A stretch of 41,781 bases of DNA from an uncultured Pseudomonadota bacterium (GTDB lineage: Bacteria; Myxococcota_A; Polyangia; Fen-1088), in the NCBI GenBank assembly GCA_963847705.1, contig CAWKBC010000009.1, positions 1-41,781 on the forward strand. The letters run 5' to 3'. Below are positions 36,228 through 41,781 of this stretch, in pieces. The position numbers and the translations under genes are program-made. The notes below the pieces were generated by a model, which was not told the origin of the DNA, searched no databases, and was given only the letters and a program-made list of their open reading frames with translations. Positions within the stretch are counted from its first letter, which is position 1. Every line of letters starts with the position of its first letter.

Positions 36228-39200
36228 CTAGGGGGTGGCGGACGCGGTCTCGTAGGCGGGCGAGAACATGAAGGTGACGAGCTCGTGCGCCGACTCGCCC
36301 CGCAGAAACTCCGCGCGAATCGCCGCGGTCGGCGGTTCGTCGTCGTCACCGAACAGCTCTCCCTCGGAGACGACCAGCAGCGCGTCGACCGGGCTGCCGC
36401 AGACGAGCAGGCCGATCCGGTTGCAGGTGTGGCGGGTGCCGCGACGGAACGTCTGCCAGTCGGGCAGCGCGGTGAGCGCCGCCTCGACCTCGGCCAGCAG
36501 CTCGGCGCGCGCCTCGGGCGAGCCGAGCGCCACGGTCGCCTCGGGGCGGCTCAGCCAGTCGGCCACGGCGCGGGCGCGGGGATCATCGGATGTGGCGCCG
36601 CCGAGCGCCGCGCGCGCCCCCTCGAGCAGGCGCGCCAAACCGTCGCCGCCGGTCAACCCCGCCGTCACCAGACCGCTGCGGAGCGCTTCGATGGCGCGCC
36701 CGGCGACGAACGACCAGGCCCGCGGTCCGAGCAGGACCGCCCCCGGGCTGATGAGGAGCCCCGCGGGCTGCGAGGGGATGAGGCGCAGCCGCCGCCGTTC
36801 GCCCTGCGGCGAGGGCGTTCGCCGCAGCCCTTCAGCGTCGGGCGCCACCACGAAGGCGGGCGCGCCGAGCAGATCGGCGATCCGCCGCAGCTCGATCGCC
36901 CGCGCCGGCGGCAGGCCGCTCCCCTCGAGGGGCTTGGGCGCCGGCTCATCGTAGTCGAGCCCGAGCAACGCGGGCGCCAGCCGCGACAGCGCGCGACGCA
37001 CCGGCCCGGCGACGTCCGGGTGATCGACCGGGGTGCCGGCGCGGACCGCCTCCGGGTTGACCGATTCCGCCGCGGGGAGCAGGTCGAGCAGCCTGGCGCC
37101 GAGGCCGTCGGGCTGGACGAAGGCGGGGAGCGAGTAGGCGGCGCGGGCCAGCGCGAGCCGGCGCGTGCGCGCCGCCAGTCCGCCGAGGACCAGGGCCGGC
37201 CCCGGGCGCCCCGGATCGGCGAGCACCAGCTCGATGAGCGCAGCGACCAGCGCCCGCTCCCCCTCGGCGCCGGCCCAGAACCTCGCGCGCGTGAGAAAAG
37301 GATCGATCGTGTCGATCCCCCGCGCGGCCGCCCGATCGCCTGCCTGCGCCAGCACCCGCACCCCGGCGTCGATCAGAGAAGGATGCGCGGTCAGCGAAAA
37401 CCGGGCCGGGGTCGTGCTGCGCGGCCCCGCCACCGCGATGGCCAGGCGGGCCATCAGCTCGGCCTCGGTGTCGACCGAGAGCTCCACCTCGGCCAGGTCC
37501 CCCGCCAGATCAGCGACGACGTCGATGTCCCCCTCGGCCCAGAAGTGATCGATGAGCCGGAGGCGCGACGGAACGAAGCGCGGGTCGGCGTCCGAGGAGC
37601 GGAGGTAAGCGTCGAGCGCGCCGGGCTCGTCGTGGAGCTCGTTGCGCCGGAGCTCCGCCTGGCGGTAGAGGACGGCGGCGCGGTGGGCGCGATCGGGGTA
37701 GAGGCGCGCCAGCCGCCCACAGGCCTCGGCCGCCTCGTGGTAGAGACCCAGCTTCTGGTAGGTCTGCAGCAGCAGCTCCAGGGCTGCCAGACGGCCGGGA
37801 TCTTGATCGACCACCAGCTCCAGGTAGTAGCGGGCGCCGTTCCACTCGCCGGTCTCGGCGTAGATCGCGCCCAGCCTGTGGCGCAGATCGCCGAGATCGG
37901 CGGAGGAGCCGGCCGGCAAGAGACGCAGCAGCTCCTCCAGCCTGAGCGCCGCGGTGGTGGTGTCGCCGCGCGCCAGCGCCAGCTCGGCGAGCACCCGGCG
38001 CGCCTCGACGTGGCGCGGGTTCAGGATCGCCAGCTCCCGGTAGAGCGCTTCCGCCTCGGCGGTGTCGCCCAGGCGCTGCGCCAGCGCCGCGCGCCGCTGG
38101 ACGATCTGCTCGCGGGGGACCACCTCGGCGACGTTCGGGGAGAGCTCCAGCGCGACGTAGAGCTCGCGCGCGCGGTGCCAGTCCTGCTTGCGATAGGCGA
38201 TCTCCGCCAGAAGCACCAGCGCCCCGGGGTGTTGTGGGGCGGCGGCCAGCGCCTGCTCGAGATCGTCGGTGGCGGCGGTGATCTCGGCCCGCGAAAGCGA
38301 CACGCGCGCCTTGGCCACCAACGAGTTGGCGCGCAGCACGGGCTCCGACTCCACGCCGGCCGCCCGCCAGTATTGCTGCTGGGCGGGGTCGTCGCGGGTG
38401 GCGGCGGTGGGAACGGTCGTTTCGACGTGCGGCGTCGTGTCCGAGGGCGGCGTCGCGGCCAGCACGGGGCGCGGAAGCGTCCCGGTTCGTCGGGGCGCTG
38501 CGGTCACCTCGGGCTCGTCCGGTCGCAGGGGAGCTGCCGGTTGCGTCAGGTAGGCGAGGGCCTCCGCGTTGTCGGGATCGATCTTCAGCAGTCGTTCGTA
38601 GGTCTGGCGGGCAAGGGGAGGGCGCGCCAGCTCCTGGGCGTAGAGCCCGCCGAGCCGCGCCAGGATCGTCTTCTGCTCGCGCGGGCCCCGCGCCACCACC
38701 TCGATCTTGCGCTCCAGCACCTCGGCCAGCCGGTCGAAGTTTCCCGCATCGACGCTGAGCACCTCCAGCGCCTCCAGCGCCTCGGCCGAGGTCGGATCGA
38801 GGGTCACCGCGCGCTCGAGCAGCATTCCCGCGTCGGCCGGCAGCCCCAGCCGCTTGCGCAGGATCTCGGCGGCGGCCACCAAGGTCCCGGCGCGTTCCAC
38901 CTCGCTGGCACCGACCCGCGGATCGTCGGCCGAGGCGATCAACGCCCGGGCCGCCGCGTGCGGATCGCCGCGGCGGGCGAACAGCTCGACCAGCCGGCGC
39001 CAGGCGGTGCCGACCAGCGGCCCGGCCTCCGCGTTGTCGATGCAGATCCGCAACGCCGCCATGGCCCCTTCCTGTTCGCCGATCTTCTCGTAGGCGGCGG
39101 CGAGCAGATGCGCCACCTCGGCGCGGACCGGACCGGGGGAGGCGGCGTCGAGCGCGCACCGGAGCGCCGTCACCTCGTCGGTGTCGTCGGTCGGCAGCTC

Positions 39201-39827
39201 GCCCGCCGCGGGCTCGGCGGCGGAGCTCCAGCGCATGGCGATGCGGCCGGCGGAGATGCGAACCACGCCGAGGCGGAGGTCACCGCTGTCGGGGAGGCGG
39301 AATCCGTCGGCGACCAGAATCTCGTCGAGCGCCGCGGCCAGCGGATCGAGCTCGAACGTCGCGTCACCGGAGGCCGGCGCGCCGAACACCGCCGCCAGCA
39401 TCGAGCGGACGTCGGCGGGGCGCGCCTCGCCGCTGTCGACGGAGACACGCAGCTTGCGCCCATCGCCGGCGCCCAGGCTGAGGCGGGCGGAGAACGCCGG
39501 CGCGCCATTGCTGCGACCGGAGAGCACCAGCCGTCCGGGCTCGAGCGCGACGCCAAGATGCTCGGAGAGACGGCCCGGAACCTGACCGGACGACAGCTTG
39601 GCGCCCGCGACCTGGCTCTCCAGCCGCGCGCGATCGACGACCAGCGTGGCCGCGCGCAGGAGGCCCCGGCGGTTGCGCAGCTCGGCGACCGCCAGCGCCC
39701 GGCGGGTCCCCGGCCACTCGACCTCCAGGCGCTCGACCAAGACCGGCCCGAGATCGCGGGCGGCGACCGTCAGGACCGCCCGGCCATCCACCAGGGCGAG
39801 GGCCATCGCCGCCGTGGTGTCGGCCAT
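36228..39827 (-). CDS. large tetratricopeptide-repeat protein
   Basis: Repeated TPR-like units (LERAVTLDPT, YERLLKIDPDNAEAL, LEQALAAAPQHPGAL, LELVVDQDPGRLAAL). 1199 aa; fits between flanking same-strand genes. Confidence 0.8.
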   Translation of the reverse strand: MADTTAAMALALVDGRAVLTVAARDLGPVLVERLEVEWPGTRRALAVAELRNRRGLLRAATLVVDRARLESQVAGAKLSSGQVPGRLSEHLGVALEPGRLVLSGRSNGAPAFSARLSLGAGDGRKLRVSVDSGEARPADVRSMLAAVFGAPASGDATFELDPLAAALDEILVADGFRLPDSGDLRLGVVRISAGRIAMRWSSAAEPAAGELPTDDTDEVTALRCALDAASPGPVRAEVAHLLAAAYEKIGEQEGAMAALRICIDNAEAGPLVGTAWRRLVELFARRGDPHAAARALIASADDPRVGASEVERAGTLVAAAEILRKRLGLPADAGMLLERAVTLDPTSAEALEALEVLSVDAGNFDRLAEVLERKIEVVARGPREQKTILARLGGLYAQELARPPLARQTYERLLKIDPDNAEALAYLTQPAAPLRPDEPEVTAAPRRTGTLPRPVLAATPPSDTTPHVETTVPTAATRDDPAQQQYWRAAGVESEPVLRANSLVAKARVSLSRAEITAATDDLEQALAAAPQHPGALVLLAEIAYRKQDWHRARELYVALELSPNVAEVVPREQIVQRRAALAQRLGDTAEAEALYRELAILNPRHVEARRVLAELALARGDTTTAALRLEELLRLLPAGSSADLGDLRHRLGAIYAETGEWNGARYYLELVVDQDPGRLAALELLLQTYQKLGLYHEAAEACGRLARLYPDRAHRAAVLYRQAELRRNELHDEPGALDAYLRSSDADPRFVPSRLRLIDHFWAEGDIDVVADLAGDLAEVELSVDTEAELMARLAIAVAGPRSTTPARFSLTAHPSLIDAGVRVLAQAGDRAAARGIDTIDPFLTRARFWAGAEGERALVAALIELVLADPGRPGPALVLGGLAARTRRLALARAAYSLPAFVQPDGLGARLLDLLPAAESVNPEAVRAGTPVDHPDVAGPVRRALSRLAPALLGLDYDEPAPKPLEGSGLPPARAIELRRIADLLGAPAFVVAPDAEGLRRTPSPQGERRRLRLIPSQPAGLLISPGAVLLGPRAWSFVAGRAIEALRSGLVTAGLTGGDGLARLLEGARAALGGATSDDPRARAVADWLSRPEATVALGSPEARAELLAEVEAALTALPDWQTFRRGTRHTCNRIGLLVCGSPVDALLVVSEGELFGDDDEPPTAAIRAEFLRGESAHELVTFMFSPAYETASATP

Positions 39828-39837
39828 TGTCGCCTCC

Positions 39838-41538
39838 TCAGCCTCCGAACGGTCGGTGAGGGGCGCAGGGCTCGTACGCCGGTGGCTCGCCGCCGTCGTC
39901 GTACTTGAGGACGTCGGCGTTCACGCTGATCCGCTTGGCCTGCTTCACCTCCTGGCAACGCGCGGTCGTCCAGTCGGAGAGGACCCGGTCCCACTTGGTG
40001 AGCTCGGCTTCTCGTGCCAGCTCAATCCTGTGCTTCTCGAAATCGGCCAGATCGGGATCCTTGCGCTCCTTGAGCCGCACGACGACGAAGGTGCCGCCCA
40101 CCTCGAACGGCCCGGCCGCGGGCGCGGCGGGGGTGAGCGCGAAGGCGGCCTTGGCGAGCGGATTGGAGACGCCGATCCCCTCCACGATCGCCCCCTCGCG
40201 CGAGGCGCGCAGGGCGAACAGCCCCGTCTCCTCGACGCGTGGTCCGGCGGCCGGATCGGGCGTGGTGTTCGCTTCGTCCTTGTCGTTGGCGGCGGTCGGG
40301 AAGAGGTCCTTCATCGACTGGCCGGGGGCCGCTTGCAGCTTGGCGACGGCGTCACCCGCGGCGGCCTTGGCCTTGGCGTCGGAGCGCTCCTCGCGCAGCT
40401 TCTGCTCCGCCAGCTCCAGCTTGGCCTGCTCGAACGACACGCTGCCGTCGCGTTGCCCCTCGACCTTGGTGATGACGTAGCCGTCGGTGCCGCGCAGCGG
40501 ACCGACGATGGCGTCGCTCTGCGCCTTCCAGACCTTCTCCTCGACGACCGCCGGCAGATTGGCGGCGCCGTGCGCCCGCCAGCCGAGCTCGCCCCCCTGC
40601 GCCTTGCTGGCCACGTCGTCGGAGGAGTTGCGGGCCAGCTCGGCGAAGGTGACCCCGTCCTTGCCGGAGACCTTGGCCCCCTTCTTGAGCTTGTCCGCCA
40701 GAGCGTTGGCCTTGTCGCGCGCCGCCTTGTCCTGGGCGTCGGTGGCGTCGTGCGGGACCTTGACCAGGATCTGGCGCAGCTTCCGCTCGTCGGCGACCTT
40801 CTCGTAGACGAAGCGCTTCTGCTCGTAGAGCTCCTTCAGCTTGGCCTCGTTCTTCGCGGCGTAGTCGGCGATCTCGGCGTCGGTCAGGACCACGTCGTTC
40901 TTGTAGCGGGTGCCGGCGAAGCGCAGATACTCGAGGTTCACCTGGCGACCGCGGCGGACGAACTCGGCCTTCACCTCGTCGTTCGAGACGGAGACGCCGG
41001 CGCGCATGAGGTCACGCAGGCGCAAGGCGAGGAGCTCCTTCTTCTGCTCGGCGACGAAGCTCTTGGGCGTCTGGCCGAGGTCGTACTGCAGGAACGTCTT
41101 GAACGAGTCGTAGTTGAACTTGCCGTCCTTCTGCAGCCGGGGAACCGTATGCATCGACCCGAGCCCGATGATCTTGGAATCAGCGATCTGATCCTCGACC
41201 TCTTCGTCCGTCACGACGTAGCCCAGCCGGTCGGCCTCCGCCGCCAGGAGCTCGCGCTCGATGAGCTTGTCCATGACGATCTCTTTGAGCCGGTCCCGCT
41301 TGGCCATCGGCGCCGGGATCTGCCCGCCCCCCGCCAGCATGAAGCCGTAGCGGAAGCTGTTCTGGGTGATGGTCCCGCCCGCCACCTGCGCCGCGTAGTG
41401 ATCGTCCCCGTTCATGACCTGGTCGCAGGAGGTGCCTCGCGACTGAGGTCCGAAGCTGATGACGAAGATCGCGATCAGAAACAGAAACAGCGCGTAGATG
41501 AGCACCGACTGCGAAGATTTCCGCATTTGCTCGAGCAT
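39838..41538 (-). CDS. ppiD: PpiD-like periplasmic chaperone (SurA_N + parvulin)
   Basis: MLEQMRK plus a TM helix, LIERELLAAEADRLG.VVTDEEV, FAELARNSSDD.ASKAQGGELGW. Confidence 0.85.
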   Translation of the reverse strand: MLEQMRKSSQSVLIYALFLFLIAIFVISFGPQSRGTSCDQVMNGDDHYAAQVAGGTITQNSFRYGFMLAGGGQIPAPMAKRDRLKEIVMDKLIERELLAAEADRLGYVVTDEEVEDQIADSKIIGLGSMHTVPRLQKDGKFNYDSFKTFLQYDLGQTPKSFVAEQKKELLALRLRDLMRAGVSVSNDEVKAEFVRRGRQVNLEYLRFAGTRYKNDVVLTDAEIADYAAKNEAKLKELYEQKRFVYEKVADERKLRQILVKVPHDATDAQDKAARDKANALADKLKKGAKVSGKDGVTFAELARNSSDDVASKAQGGELGWRAHGAANLPAVVEEKVWKAQSDAIVGPLRGTDGYVITKVEGQRDGSVSFEQAKLELAEQKLREERSDAKAKAAAGDAVAKLQAAPGQSMKDLFPTAANDKDEANTTPDPAAGPRVEETGLFALRASREGAIVEGIGVSNPLAKAAFALTPAAPAAGPFEVGGTFVVVRLKERKDPDLADFEKHRIELAREAELTKWDRVLSDWTTARCQEVKQAKRISVNADVLKYDDGGEPPAYEPCAPHRPFGG

Positions 41539-41575
41539 GGCGGGGCGGAATCTACCACAAACCTTTGGTTGTAAA

Positions 41576-41647
41576 CGGGACCCTGAGAGGGTCCCCGTGG
41601 CCCCCCGCGAGGGACTGCGCCGAGCGGAGCTCGGCTCCGTCCGCGCG
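41576..41647 (+). repeat. REP-like two-hairpin intergenic element, copy 3 (more diverged)
   Basis: GGGACCCT-GAG-AGGGTCCC, CCCCCCGCGA, CCGAGC-GGA-GCTCGG. Confidence 0.72.
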
Positions 41648-41781
41648 TCCAATAGGGGAACGACTGGGAGGGTTTCCGCGGCTCGGGAGCCCCGCGATGG
41701 AGGGCGAGAGCGCCGCCAGATCGATATCAGGAAGGTTGCTGAAACGGGGGCCCGCACCGCGCGATCGACGCGGGAACGCTG

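Noticed and set aside
41650-41781. Possible ncRNA or riboswitch at the window end
   Set aside because: No recognisable family motif, and the context is truncated.

Overview
This is a very GC-rich bacterial chromosomal window. The gene types (TPR giant, Cys-rich and Gly-rich lipoproteins, TonB receptor with an N-terminal extension) suggest a myxobacterium (Myxococcota); that assignment is an inference. About 26 CDS can be supported. Housekeeping genes: gltX, hemW, an rlmM-like methyltransferase, a ppiD-like chaperone and phhA. Glycogen/alpha-glucan genes: glgP, two dissimilar glgC paralogs and a GH57/DUF3536 protein. Other genes: two lipid-anchored cellulases (GH6, GH5), a lipoprotein plus TonB-dependent receptor pair, and a VIT-vWA-TPR-DUF2135 protein. 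The most unusual element is an apparently intact, full-length class I lanthipeptide dehydratase (LanB). It has no LanC, precursor, YcaO or transporter nearby and is translationally coupled to an M23 peptidase. Non-coding signals: a ~70-bp two-hairpin REP-like element in three intergenic copies, and a recurring TANNNT -10 box 7-10 nt before start codons, suggesting leaderless mRNAs. Three genes (TonB receptor, M23 peptidase, GH5) carry frameshifts, mostly at C/G runs, which are probably long-read indel errors. No rRNA, tRNA, CRISPR or transposase was recognised.
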